Both the position numbers and the translations under genes were made by a program. Under the pieces are notes generated by a model, which was given only the letters and a program-made list of their open reading frames with translations, was not told where the DNA came from and did not search any database. From positions 37,266 to 101,265 of the forward strand of contig CAZLQI010000009.1 of NCBI GenBank assembly GCA_964561765.1: a DNA stretch of 64,000 nt, written 5' to 3'. Of the stretch, positions 51,426-60,332 are shown piece after piece (position 1 is the first letter of the stretch; each line of letters starts with the position of its first letter). This DNA is from an uncultured Chromatiales bacterium (GTDB lineage Bacteria; Pseudomonadota; Gammaproteobacteria; DATFLL01).

Positions 51426-52166
51426 GTGGATTTGCTCAGTCTCATCGGTCTGGTGCTTGGCCTCGCTGCGGTGCTGATGGGACAGTCCCTCGAAGGCGGT
51501 CACATCGACACACTGGTCAATGGGCCGGCGGCGATGATCGTCCTCGGTGGCAGCATCGGCGCTGTCATGTTGCAATCGCCGTTGGCGTTGTTTCTGCGTG
51601 CCTTGCGCATGCTGGCCTGGGTGTTCAGACCGCCGCGTCTGCAGGTGGAGTCCGCCGTGGAGAAGATCATCGGCTGGAGCGGCATCGCCCGTAAGGAGGG
51701 TTTGCTGGGTCTGGAGTCGTTGGAAGACGACGAAGACGATCCGTTTATTCGCAAGGGCCTGCAATTGCTGATCGACGGCAGTGAGCCGGAGAGTATTCGT
51801 GCGATTCTGGAGGTTGAGATCGATGCCAAGGAGCACTTCGATATGCAGGCGGCGAAGATTTTCGAGAGTATGGGCGGCTATACCCCGACGCTGGGCATCA
51901 TCGGTGCGGTCATGGGTCTGATCCATGTCATGGGCAACCTGTCCAATCCGGCGAAACTTGGCAGCGGGATCGCCGTGGCCTTTGTTGCCACGATTTACGG
52001 TGTCGGTATGGCCAATATGATCCTGATTCCGATGGCAAAGAAACTCCTGATCCTGGTGAGACAGCACAGTCAGTTTCGCGAGATGATTGTCGAGGGTATG
52101 GTGTCCATCGCCGAGGGTGAAAATCCGCGCAATATCGAGACCAAACTGCAGGGATACCTGCACTGA
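51426..52166 (+). CDS. motC: Second stator A subunit (MotC)
   Basis: 'ARKEGLLGLE', 'GGYTPTLGIIGAVMGLI', 'IAEGENP'; position after cheB as in Pseudomonas. Confidence 0.93.
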   Translation: MDLLSLIGLVLGLAAVLMGQSLEGGHIDTLVNGPAAMIVLGGSIGAVMLQSPLALFLRALRMLAWVFRPPRLQVESAVEKIIGWSGIARKEGLLGLESLEDDEDDPFIRKGLQLLIDGSEPESIRAILEVEIDAKEHFDMQAAKIFESMGGYTPTLGIIGAVMGLIHVMGNLSNPAKLGSGIAVAFVATIYGVGMANMILIPMAKKLLILVRQHSQFREMIVEGMVSIAEGENPRNIETKLQGYLH

Positions 52167-52203
52167 GGCGCCGTGTGTTGCGCCACGGGTGGATGATACA
52201 ACC

Positions 52204-53073
52204 ATGTCTCGCAGGAAGCCAAAGCATGAAGAGAACGAGAATCTAGACCGCTGGTTGGTGTCCTATGCCGATTTTATCACCCTGTTGTTTGCGTTTTTCG
52301 TCGTGATGTATTCGATCTCCTCGGTCAATGAAGGAAAGTATCGCGTATTGTCGGACTCGATCATTGCCGCATTTCGAACGCCACAGAAAAGCACCAAACC
52401 CATCAGCCTCAGTCCTAAGGCGAAGTCGGTCATGATCAACGAAGGTGCCCCGGTTAGAGCACCGCTGATCCAGATACCCCATGCGCCGGGATTGCAGATG
52501 CAACACATCGCCAGCCAGCTGCGGGATGCGCTGCGCCCGTTGATCGATAAAAAACTGATCAAGGTCTCCAGCAACAAACTATGGGTTGAGGTGGAGATGA
52601 GCACTCACATCCTGTTTCCTAGTGGCAGTGCGGTGCTGGAGAGCACGGCAACGCCCGTTCTGCGCGCCTTGGCCGGTGTGTTGAATAAGTTGCCCAACCC
52701 CGTGCAGGTCGAAGGATATACGGATAATGTGCCGATCAGCACTCTGGTCTATCCTTCCAACTGGGAACTCTCCACAGCGCGCGCCTCCAGTGTGGTGCGC
52801 CTGTTTATGCGGGCTGGCGTGGACCCCGGGCACATGGCCGCGATCGGCTATGGTGAGTATCGCCCGCTGGCCAGCAACGCGACGGCGGCGGGGCGCAGCC
52901 GTAACCGCCGTGTCGTGGTGGTGATCCTGGCCAATAAAAAGGCCCGTCATGTACTGGAAACCGGGCGGGGCGTAGCGCCGACCAGCACTGCGCTAACTGG
53001 CGGGCCGGCACGCGCACCGAGTCAGCCCGTTATTGCCACGCCGGGTGTCGCAGGCCGGAGGACGATACCATGA
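52204..53073 (+). CDS. motD: Second stator B subunit (MotD)
   Basis: 'RWLVSYADFITLLFAFFVVMYSIS', 'SNWELSTARA', 'NRRV'. Confidence 0.93.
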   Translation: MSRRKPKHEENENLDRWLVSYADFITLLFAFFVVMYSISSVNEGKYRVLSDSIIAAFRTPQKSTKPISLSPKAKSVMINEGAPVRAPLIQIPHAPGLQMQHIASQLRDALRPLIDKKLIKVSSNKLWVEVEMSTHILFPSGSAVLESTATPVLRALAGVLNKLPNPVQVEGYTDNVPISTLVYPSNWELSTARASSVVRLFMRAGVDPGHMAAIGYGEYRPLASNATAAGRSRNRRVVVVILANKKARHVLETGRGVAPTSTALTGGPARAPSQPVIATPGVAGRRTIP

Positions 53074-53852
53074 GGATCTGGGCCGTCGCCAATCAGAAGG
53101 GAGGTGTGGGTAAGACCACTACCGCCGTTACCCTGGCGGGACATTTGTGCCGGATGGGCAGTGCCACATTGCTGGTCGACCTTGACCCGCATGGCTCGAT
53201 GACGGCGTACTTCGGCCATGATCCGGACGCGATCGAACGCGGTGTCTATCAACTCTTTCAGTCCGAAGCCTTGCCAACCACCGCGCTCATTGTGCCGACC
53301 GCGAACGAGGGCTTGTCGCTGATGCCGGCCACCACGGCCCTGGCCACGCTGGATCGTCAACTGGGCACTCAGGAGGGCAAGGGGTTGGTGATTTTGCACG
53401 CCTTGAAAGGGCTCGATGCACACTATGAGCATGTCATTATCGATTGTCCACCAGTCCTGGGTATCCTGATGATCAATGCCCTGGCGGCGTGCCAGCACCT
53501 TCTGGTGCCGGTGCAGACCGAGTTTCTTGCACTCAAAGGGCTGGAACGCATTATTCACACTCTGGAGATGATCACGCGCTCGCGCCGCCAGCACTTGCCC
53601 TACACCATTGTGCCGACGATGTTCGACCGCCGCACACGTGCCTCCATCAGCAGCCTGCGCGCGCTGCGCAAGCGCTATGGCGAGGAACTCTGGGACGGGG
53701 TCATTCCGGTCGATACACGCTTTCGTGAGGCGAGTATGCACGGTCAGCCCCTGTCCATCATGCAGCCGCACTCGCGCGGTGCGCTTGCCTATGGGACCTT
53801 GCTCGAACGACTGCTTGCGCAGAGCCCGGTCAGGCATCTCAACGTGGTATAG
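53070..53852 (+). CDS. ParA/ParC-type ATPase (chemoreceptor array positioning)
   Basis: 'NQKGGVGKTTT', 'DLDPHG', 'IDCPP'; chemotaxis operon context. Confidence 0.92.
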   Translation: MRIWAVANQKGGVGKTTTAVTLAGHLCRMGSATLLVDLDPHGSMTAYFGHDPDAIERGVYQLFQSEALPTTALIVPTANEGLSLMPATTALATLDRQLGTQEGKGLVILHALKGLDAHYEHVIIDCPPVLGILMINALAACQHLLVPVQTEFLALKGLERIIHTLEMITRSRRQHLPYTIVPTMFDRRTRASISSLRALRKRYGEELWDGVIPVDTRFREASMHGQPLSIMQPHSRGALAYGTLLERLLAQSPVRHLNVV

Positions 53853-53856
53853 GTCC

Positions 53857-54612
53857 ATGGCAAAAGACAACATACTGGTTGATCAGAAGCTCGCGCTGTC
53901 CCTGTTTCTGGACGCCCTGTTACACGAGCCGGCCCCGGAATCGGTAGTGGCGCCGGAACGGGTGACGACACTCCCTGAGCAGACCCCGCCGTCACTTGCC
54001 GTACTCAGACCGGTGCGGGTCCCACCGCAACAGCTGCCTCCTGTTGCCTTGCCCGAACCTGCGCTCAAGACACCGCTGACCCCTCCCGTTGTGTCCCTGC
54101 CCAGGAGTGGCGCACCTGCGCTGGCAACGCCGGATGCCGCGACCGAGGTGCTGCGCCCGGATTGGGCTACCGAGGCGTTTCAGATCCTGCTGTTCAAAGT
54201 GGCCGGACTGGGGCTGGCGGTGCCACTCATCGAACTCAATGGCATCGTTGAATGGACCGACGCGGTGACCCCCTTGCCCGGTCATGCCGATTTCTACCTC
54301 GGTCTGCTACAACATCGGGATTGCAGCGTGCCGGTGGTGGACCCCGCTCGTCTGGTTTTGCCTGCGCAGCAGTTTGCGGCCCTGACGCAGGACCCGCGCG
54401 AGCGCGTGCGCCGTATCGTGCTCATTGACGAGGGGCGTTGGGGGTTGGCCTGCGATCAGGTCAGCGAGGTCATCACGGTCAAGCCTGAGCAAGTGCGCTG
54501 GCGCGGTCGCCGCACACAACGCCGCTGGCTGGCCGGTACCGTGATCGATCATATGTGTGCTTTGCTCGACACCCAGGCGTTTGCCCGCTTGCTGGAGTCC
54601 GGGTGGGGATAG
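53857..54612 (+). CDS. ParP-like CheW-domain protein
   Basis: N-terminal 'ALSLFLDALL', Pro-rich linker, CheW-like domain 'FQILLFKVAGLGLAVPL...WLAGTV'. Confidence 0.85.
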   Translation: MAKDNILVDQKLALSLFLDALLHEPAPESVVAPERVTTLPEQTPPSLAVLRPVRVPPQQLPPVALPEPALKTPLTPPVVSLPRSGAPALATPDAATEVLRPDWATEAFQILLFKVAGLGLAVPLIELNGIVEWTDAVTPLPGHADFYLGLLQHRDCSVPVVDPARLVLPAQQFAALTQDPRERVRRIVLIDEGRWGLACDQVSEVITVKPEQVRWRGRRTQRRWLAGTVIDHMCALLDTQAFARLLESGWG

Positions 54613-54652
54613 GGTGCCAGGCAGGGGATAACGTCGATATTGAACCAGTTTA

Positions 54653-54668
54653 TGGCATGTATCGTGCT
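54653..54668 (+). promoter_or_regulatory. Putative sigma-54 promoter for cheW
   Basis: TGGCATGTATCGTGCT, GG-N10-GC. Confidence 0.5.
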
Positions 54669-54753
54669 TATATTTTTGTACAAATGCCTTCAGCGCCGGG
54701 GCTTTGACGCCCGCAGATCGGTGCGTGACAACCGAATCTCAGGAGAATGACTG

Positions 54754-55233
54754 ATGAATCAGGCTGTGGAAACCAACAATGCCCCGCTGAGCCAGTGGGT
54801 GACCTTCCGGCTGGATGCCGAGAAATACGGCATCAATGTCATGAGCGTGCAGGAGGTGCTGCGCATGACCGAGATCGCCCCCGTGCCGGGTGCCCCCGAT
54901 TATGTGCTGGGCATCATCAATTTGCGCGGCAATGTCGTGACGGTGATCGATACCCGCAAGCGCTTTGGACTCAGCGACAAGGAAGCCGATGAGCAGACCC
55001 GTATCGTGATCATCGAGGCCGAGAATCAGGTCGTGGGCATACTGGTCGACAGCGTTGCCGAAGTGGCTGATCTTCAGGGGTCCCAGATCGAGTCGGCACC
55101 CAATGTCGGAAATGATGAAAGCGCCCGGTACATCCAGGGGGTGTCCTCGCAGGAGAGCGAACTTCTGATCCTGATCGATGTGAACAAGTTGCTCTCGGAT
55201 GACGAATGGGAGGAGGTGGCGGCCGCGTTGTAG
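54754..55233 (+). CDS. cheW: Chemotaxis coupling protein CheW
   Basis: 'QWVTFRL', 'VLGIINLRGNVVTVID'. Confidence 0.97.
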   Translation: MNQAVETNNAPLSQWVTFRLDAEKYGINVMSVQEVLRMTEIAPVPGAPDYVLGIINLRGNVVTVIDTRKRFGLSDKEADEQTRIVIIEAENQVVGILVDSVAEVADLQGSQIESAPNVGNDESARYIQGVSSQESELLILIDVNKLLSDDEWEEVAAAL

Positions 55234-55251
55234 GCCGCCGTCCGTGTCGCC

Positions 55252-55446
55252 GTGGCCGAGATAGGGGACCTTAACCCGCTCGGTCCGATCCGCCCGACTC
55301 GTGCCCCCGGGCCACGCAAGGAACGGCGGCAGGTGCCATCCCGGCCGCCAGACAGAAAAGGCGATGACGATGATGGACCGGGTGATAACCCGCAGGGAGA
55401 GTCCGATGAGAACAAGCGGCCACCCCATATCGATGAGTATGTGTGA
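55252..55446 (+). CDS. Small disordered hypothetical protein ending HIDEYV
   Basis: 64-aa GTG-start ORF filling the cheW-DUF2802 gap; no strong RBS. Confidence 0.55.
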   Translation: MAEIGDLNPLGPIRPTRAPGPRKERRQVPSRPPDRKGDDDDGPGDNPQGESDENKRPPHIDEYV

Positions 55447-55497
55447 GGCGATGGCCGGGGATGGTTGTCGACGAACGGATGAGGAGGCGCCTGAGTC

Positions 55498-55914
55498 ATG
55501 ATGAGCGCACTGTTTTCGCTGACCGACCCCTGGTTACCCGTGGCCGGCGTGGTTACCTCCGTCGTATTGCTGCTGGTGACGCTCGTGGTGCTGAGCGCGG
55601 TCGTGCGCCGTATGCGCCGGCGTCTGTTGCACCAGGATGAGAGGATTTCGGCCCTGCGCCAGGATCTGCGTGCCCTGACCACCGCCGCGGTTGGGGTCGG
55701 TGAGCGGGTACTGGGCGCCGAGCGCCGGCAACGCCGTCTTGCCGAGCGCCAGGACCAGCTCGACCTCTACGATGCCGCCAACCAGCCCTACGAACAGGCC
55801 ATCCGTCTCGTGCACAAGGGGGCCGGTGTCGATGAACTGGTCGATATCTGCGGCCTCAATCTTGGCGAGGCGGAACTTATCCGCATGCTCCACCGGTTAG
55901 ACAAGAGCGCTTGA
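55498..55914 (+). CDS. DUF2802 family protein
   Basis: N-terminal TM, coiled coil, 'YEQAIRLVHKGAGVDELVDICGL..GEAELIRMLH'. Confidence 0.9.
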   Translation: MMSALFSLTDPWLPVAGVVTSVVLLLVTLVVLSAVVRRMRRRLLHQDERISALRQDLRALTTAAVGVGERVLGAERRQRRLAERQDQLDLYDAANQPYEQAIRLVHKGAGVDELVDICGLNLGEAELIRMLHRLDKSA

Positions 55915-55973
55915 GTTCGTATCGGTGTCGATACCGACCCCTCGGCCCGCGTTGAAGGCGTGGCGGTTCTGCG

Positions 55974-56264
55974 CTAGGGCGTGGTCGCCGGGGGGGGCTC
56001 GCGCCCGCGCACCTGATAGGCAAAGGCAATGATCTCGGCGACCGCCACATACAGCTCATAGGGAATTTCGCTGCCCAGTTCCAGGTGCGACAAGAGCTGT
56101 ACCATCTCCCGATCCTCGCGCAGGGGCACCCCGTGTTCCTCGGCCAGGGCGAGGATCTGTTCGGCGACCAGTCCCGCCCCCTTGGCGGTGACGCGCGGGG
56201 CGCCGCTGCCGTCATAGTGCAGGGCGACGGCGAGGGTCGGTGGCGTGTCCTGTGGTTCATTCAT
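55974..56264 (-). CDS. Stand-alone FlhB C-terminal-like (EscU/YscU/HrcU family) protein
   Basis: 'AVALHYDGSGAPRVTAKG.G.VAEQI', 'IPYELYVAVAEIIAFAY'; lacks TMs and the NPTH site. Confidence 0.92.
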   Translation of the reverse strand: MNEPQDTPPTLAVALHYDGSGAPRVTAKGAGLVAEQILALAEEHGVPLREDREMVQLLSHLELGSEIPYELYVAVAEIIAFAYQVRGREPPPATTP

Positions 56265-57589
56265 GCCTTTTCGTTCACCAGACCGGAGGGGGGCGGGGGT
56301 GGGATGTCACTCGGTATGCCGTCCTGGCAACCCAGCCGGCCGACCTGCAGTCCGGCGGTGCCCAGGTGGGTGCGCAAGGTGGCCAACTCGGCGTCGAAAC
56401 GCTGGCGTGTCATGGGCCGTTCGACCCAGAACTGGGCGCTCACCTGGCCATCGTACAGACTGACATGGACGCGTACTGCGCCCAGTTCGCTGAGGTTAAA
56501 GGCCAGGATGACCGACCAGACGGCAGAGCGCGTACTGGTTACCTTCCGCTCACCTGCGTCGCGTTGGATATGCAGCTCGAACAAATCGATCTGTGGTCCG
56601 TTGTGCAGGGGGAGTTCCATGGCCCAGATGGCACGGGTGGCCTCAGCGCTGGATTGGGAGGACTGAGATTGAGATTGGGGCTGGGACTGGATCTGGTGGA
56701 GCTGGATGCGCGCCAGGGCCCCTTCGATCTGCTGGAGCAGTTCATGTCCGGCTGCGCTCGGCGGTAGGGTGGCCAGGGTAGGCGCAGCCTGTGGCTGGGG
56801 ATGCGGCGATGTGCCCCGCAAGGGGGCCGGGGTAACGGCGGGAGGCACAGAGGCAGACTTTGCCTGGGCGCCGGGGAGGGCAGCGGACTGCGGTGGGGTC
56901 GCAGGGGGTTGTGCGCGACTGGCCTGCAAGGTCGCCGCCAGTCGCAGTAGTCCGGCACGCAGATCGCCGCCCAGCAGTTGCGCGGCCTGGCGCTGCAGGC
57001 CGTCGGGCTGGGTGCCTGGCGTCGCGCTCAACAAACGGGCAAGACGACCCTCCAGGAACACGCCGCTGTCCTGCAGGGCCTGTTTCAGGCCATCGGGGTG
57101 ACTGGCCTGTGCACTATCGGGCAGCAGGCGCAGCCATTGCTGCAGCTGTTCGATAACCGGACGGGACAAGGCCGTGGTGAGGCCGGTCGTCGCCGTCTGT
57201 GCCGGACCGGAGCGGGTGCCCGCCGCGCTGTCGGCCAGCAGCCTCAGATTGGCGAGCAGCGGTGCCAGCGAGGTCTGTCGGGGAAGCAGTATCCGCAGGG
57301 CCTGTTCGGCCGGGTTTTTCCTGTCGGTGGCGGTCAGGATGCGCAGAATGGGGGGGTCACTGCGTGGCTGGACGACTTCCAGCCTCAAGTGCTGGCCGAC
57401 CTGCAGCGGGGCCTGGGTGCGGGCCAGGACATGCTGGCGACCCACCGCCAGCACCGCACCTTGGTCGACCAGTCGCAGGACCGTCGCCAGCAGTTTGTCG
57501 CCGGCCTGCCAGGGGCGCGTGTTCAGCGCCTCCGCGCCCGGATTCTGGGACGGCGCGGGTGGTGGCAAGGGTGGGCCGTTAATCTGCAT
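56261..57589 (-). CDS. Second FliK-like hook-length-control-domain protein
   Basis: 'LQDSGVFLE', 'ALARIQLHQ', C-terminal 'WSVILAFNLSELGAVRVHVSL..GQVSAQFW'; ATGA overlap with the flhB-C gene. Confidence 0.85.
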   Translation of the reverse strand: MQINGPPLPPPAPSQNPGAEALNTRPWQAGDKLLATVLRLVDQGAVLAVGRQHVLARTQAPLQVGQHLRLEVVQPRSDPPILRILTATDRKNPAEQALRILLPRQTSLAPLLANLRLLADSAAGTRSGPAQTATTGLTTALSRPVIEQLQQWLRLLPDSAQASHPDGLKQALQDSGVFLEGRLARLLSATPGTQPDGLQRQAAQLLGGDLRAGLLRLAATLQASRAQPPATPPQSAALPGAQAKSASVPPAVTPAPLRGTSPHPQPQAAPTLATLPPSAAGHELLQQIEGALARIQLHQIQSQPQSQSQSSQSSAEATRAIWAMELPLHNGPQIDLFELHIQRDAGERKVTSTRSAVWSVILAFNLSELGAVRVHVSLYDGQVSAQFWVERPMTRQRFDAELATLRTHLGTAGLQVGRLGCQDGIPSDIPPPPPSGLVNEKA

Positions 57590-57764
57590 AGTCCTGAGAA
57601 CCTGACGCTTGGCATTGGCCGTGGTTGTCGGTGTGCTTTATGATGCCAGTATCCCACATCGTAAAGGCCAATAATAATCAATAAGCATAGCCAGTTAGTG
57701 CAGGAACCACAGGCGCGCAACAGACGCTGAACCCGGTGGCGGGTACCCGCAGCGAGGAGGCTCG

Positions 57765-58721
57765 ATGGCACACAATAATCTCTGGTACGTTCGGCGCGGG
57801 CGCACGCTCAAGGGGCCGTTCCCGGCCGGTCTGATCTCGCGTTATATCCTGCTGGAGCGGATTCGTCTGAGTGACGAACTGAGTCAGGATCGCACGACCT
57901 GGAAGCCGGTGAAGGCGTGTGCCGAGTTGATCCCGGAGGTGCTGAAGGCCGATCCGGAGGATGAGGACGCCCAGCGTCGGCTTGAGGCGGCCCGGCGCTG
58001 GGCGGATGAACGGCGTGGGGAGGATCAGCGGGCCTGGGGGGGCGCCGGGGATCAGCCTGGAGAGGTGGCCGAGGTGGCCGAGGTGCGCGATGCGGGCGAG
58101 CGGCGTAGTGCGGAGCGCCGGCGCACGGAGTCGGAGGAGCAGGCCCAGTTCCGCCAGATCCATCAGCGCTTGATCGGGGCAGCGCACCAGAAGCAGCACT
58201 ACCTGTTGCAGTTGTCGATGATCCTCATCGTGGTGGCGGTGGTCATCGGTGCGGCCATGTATTACACACCGAGCAAGACGATAAATACGGCGGACTGCAC
58301 GGCGCCGCCGGGCCTTGGGGTCAACTGGAGCAATTGCAGGTTACAGGGTATTCAGGTGCCGGGGAAAGATCTGCGCGGGGCACATCTCAATAGCACTGAT
58401 GCCTCGGGTAGTGACCTCGCCGGTACCAATTTGCGCCAGGCGGTGTTGTCCTACGCCGATCTGAGTCTCGCCAATCTGCGGGGTGCCGATCTGCGTGACG
58501 CACAGTTGGTCGGTACCAATCTGCGCCGGGCCAATCTGGCCCAGGCAGATCTGCGCCGAGCCAATCTTACCTATGCCGATCTCACCGGTGCCCGCCTGAC
58601 GGGAGCGCAGTTGCAGGGCGCACGCCTGGATCACGCCATCTGGGTGGATGGTCAGACCTGTCAGCCGGGCTCGTTGGGGCGTTGCCTGACCGGGGTCCCC
58701 GCCGTGCCGCCCGTTCGTTAG
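57765..58721 (+). CDS. Membrane-anchored pentapeptide-repeat protein with a GYF_2-like N-terminal domain
   Basis: 'WYVRRG..LKGPF', single TM, A[DN]LxxA repeats flanked by Cys pairs; GAGGAGG RBS. Confidence 0.85.
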   Translation: MAHNNLWYVRRGRTLKGPFPAGLISRYILLERIRLSDELSQDRTTWKPVKACAELIPEVLKADPEDEDAQRRLEAARRWADERRGEDQRAWGGAGDQPGEVAEVAEVRDAGERRSAERRRTESEEQAQFRQIHQRLIGAAHQKQHYLLQLSMILIVVAVVIGAAMYYTPSKTINTADCTAPPGLGVNWSNCRLQGIQVPGKDLRGAHLNSTDASGSDLAGTNLRQAVLSYADLSLANLRGADLRDAQLVGTNLRRANLAQADLRRANLTYADLTGARLTGAQLQGARLDHAIWVDGQTCQPGSLGRCLTGVPAVPPVR

Positions 58722-58747
58722 CCATTGCCCCCCAATCGTTGGCCGGT

Positions 58748-59320
58748 TCAGTCGACCGTCTCCACCGTGTAGCTCGCAATGTGCAGCGTATCAGACCAGT
58801 AGTCGGCGGGCAGACCGGCCTTGCGTTTGAGCGCCTGTATGAACTGCGCGGGATCGGGCAGGCTGCTCCAGACCGAGGGCAGGAAAGTGGCGCGATGTGC
58901 CCGATCTTCGAGGATGAGTCCATCGATGCCGGGTCGCAACCGTGCGCATAGTGTGGCCTCGTTGGGCACCGTCAGCACGTGCGGTGGCTGAAGTATTGAG
59001 ATGTGCAGGTGCAGTTCGGCGCGTTCGGTGGTGGTGAGCGGGTTGAAACGCGGATCACGAAAGGCCGCGGCATAGGCATTGTCACTGACATCGTGCGCCA
59101 GGGGACGGCAGGCCTCCAGGCTGCCGATGCAGCCGCGCAGTGCGTCGTGCAGGGTCAGAGTGACAAAACTGGCACGCCAGGCCTGCAGGGCGGATGGGCA
59201 GGTCGTGCTGTCGAGTGCGGGAGGATGGCCGGTATGCAGACCCTGATCGATGGCCTGGGTAGCCAGGGTCAGTAGGGTGTGGCGGTCAGCGGTGCTCAGC
59301 AGGATGTGATGAGGGTTCAT
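58748..59320 (-). CDS. amrA: AmmeMemoRadiSam system protein A (AMMECR1 family)
   Basis: 'ASFVTL....LRGCIGSL', 'AAAFRDPRF', 'ATFLPSVW'. Confidence 0.95.
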   Translation of the reverse strand: MNPHHILLSTADRHTLLTLATQAIDQGLHTGHPPALDSTTCPSALQAWRASFVTLTLHDALRGCIGSLEACRPLAHDVSDNAYAAAFRDPRFNPLTTTERAELHLHISILQPPHVLTVPNEATLCARLRPGIDGLILEDRAHRATFLPSVWSSLPDPAQFIQALKRKAGLPADYWSDTLHIASYTVETVD

Positions 59321-60159
59321 GAAGGCGGCAGGGCGTCAGTGTGGCCCTCCCCCGAAGACACCGCCCAGAAGGCGAAGGCGCCATAGCCGACGACACGATC
59401 CTGTGGCCCGGCGGTATCGCCGGAGTTGCGCAGGTCCAGTGTCCGGGCCTGTAGCCCGTGTTGTCGGGCGAAATACAACAGCCCGTTGATGGGGTCACGG
59501 CCGCAGGCGTCCTCATAGCCGATGGTCTCCGGGTGCAGCTGTTCGATAGCACTGGCAGTGGCCTGATCGCGCCAGCGGGCCGTCTCATAGTCGTGGTAGT
59601 GGCTCAGATCGGAGCTGATGACGATCAGGGTTTCCGCTCCGCCCCATACCCTCTCCAGTACCTGTGCGACTGCGCCCGGTTCGGCCCTGCCCACCACCAG
59701 CGGTACCAGCGTGCATTCACCCAGCACCACCTGCAGGAAAGGCAGGTGCACCTCCAGACTGTGTTCCAGCGCATGGGCTTCATCGAACGGATGTACCTGG
59801 GGCAGGGTGAGTAACCGATCCAGGGTCGCCCGGTCGAGGGTTATGGCGCCCAGCGGTGTGTCGAAGGCGCTGGCGCTGCTCGTGGCCAGGCCTGAAAATG
59901 ACACCCGATGCGCCGGGCCGAGCAGAACCACACGCTTGACCGTGCCGCGCAGAGGACGCAGGCGCACATAGGCGCTGGCCGCGACCGGCCCGGAATAGAT
60001 ATACCCGGCATGTGGTGCAATGATGGCCTTAGGTGGTGCTGTATCATCGTGCACCACCGCGTGTAAATAGCCTTCCACCGCACTTTGCAGTGCCTGTGCC
60101 TCTTCGGGATAGAACAGGCCAGCGACGGCAGGGGGGCGTACACAGGTGTGGCTGGACAT
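59317..60159 (-). CDS. amrB: AmmeMemoRadiSam system protein B (MEMO1 family)
   Basis: 'RPPAVAGLFYP', 'PHAGYIYSG', 'EHSLEVHLPFLQ', 'SSDLSHY', 'NSGD...VVGY'. Confidence 0.95.
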   Translation of the reverse strand: MSSHTCVRPPAVAGLFYPEEAQALQSAVEGYLHAVVHDDTAPPKAIIAPHAGYIYSGPVAASAYVRLRPLRGTVKRVVLLGPAHRVSFSGLATSSASAFDTPLGAITLDRATLDRLLTLPQVHPFDEAHALEHSLEVHLPFLQVVLGECTLVPLVVGRAEPGAVAQVLERVWGGAETLIVISSDLSHYHDYETARWRDQATASAIEQLHPETIGYEDACGRDPINGLLYFARQHGLQARTLDLRNSGDTAGPQDRVVGYGAFAFWAVSSGEGHTDALPPS

Positions 60160-60332
60160 AGCGGAAACTTCCGACACAGACCGATGAGGGTCTCAGAGGC
60201 AAGTATAGCGTGCGGTGCTGATCGGCGATGGGTCGGGTGACGGGCGGGTCGATGTGCCGGTAGGGTCGGCGTCGCTGAACTATGCTTGATCTATCGGTTT
60301 GCGGAATCAAGGTGCCAGGAGGGGCGGCGACA

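Noticed and set aside
51426-53073. MotA/MotB-like pair as Zorya (ZorAB) defence
   Set aside because: Normal-length stators inside the che operon, no long ZorA tail or zorCDE; standard MotCD
55990-55997. G8 homopolymer as a phase-variation switch in the flhB-C gene
   Set aside because: Lies in the last codons of a Pro-rich tail; slippage would barely change the protein
57590-57660. Sigma-54 promoter for the second fliK (TGGCATCATAAAGC, minus strand)
   Set aside because: Spacing is GG-N9-GC, not the required GG-N10-GC
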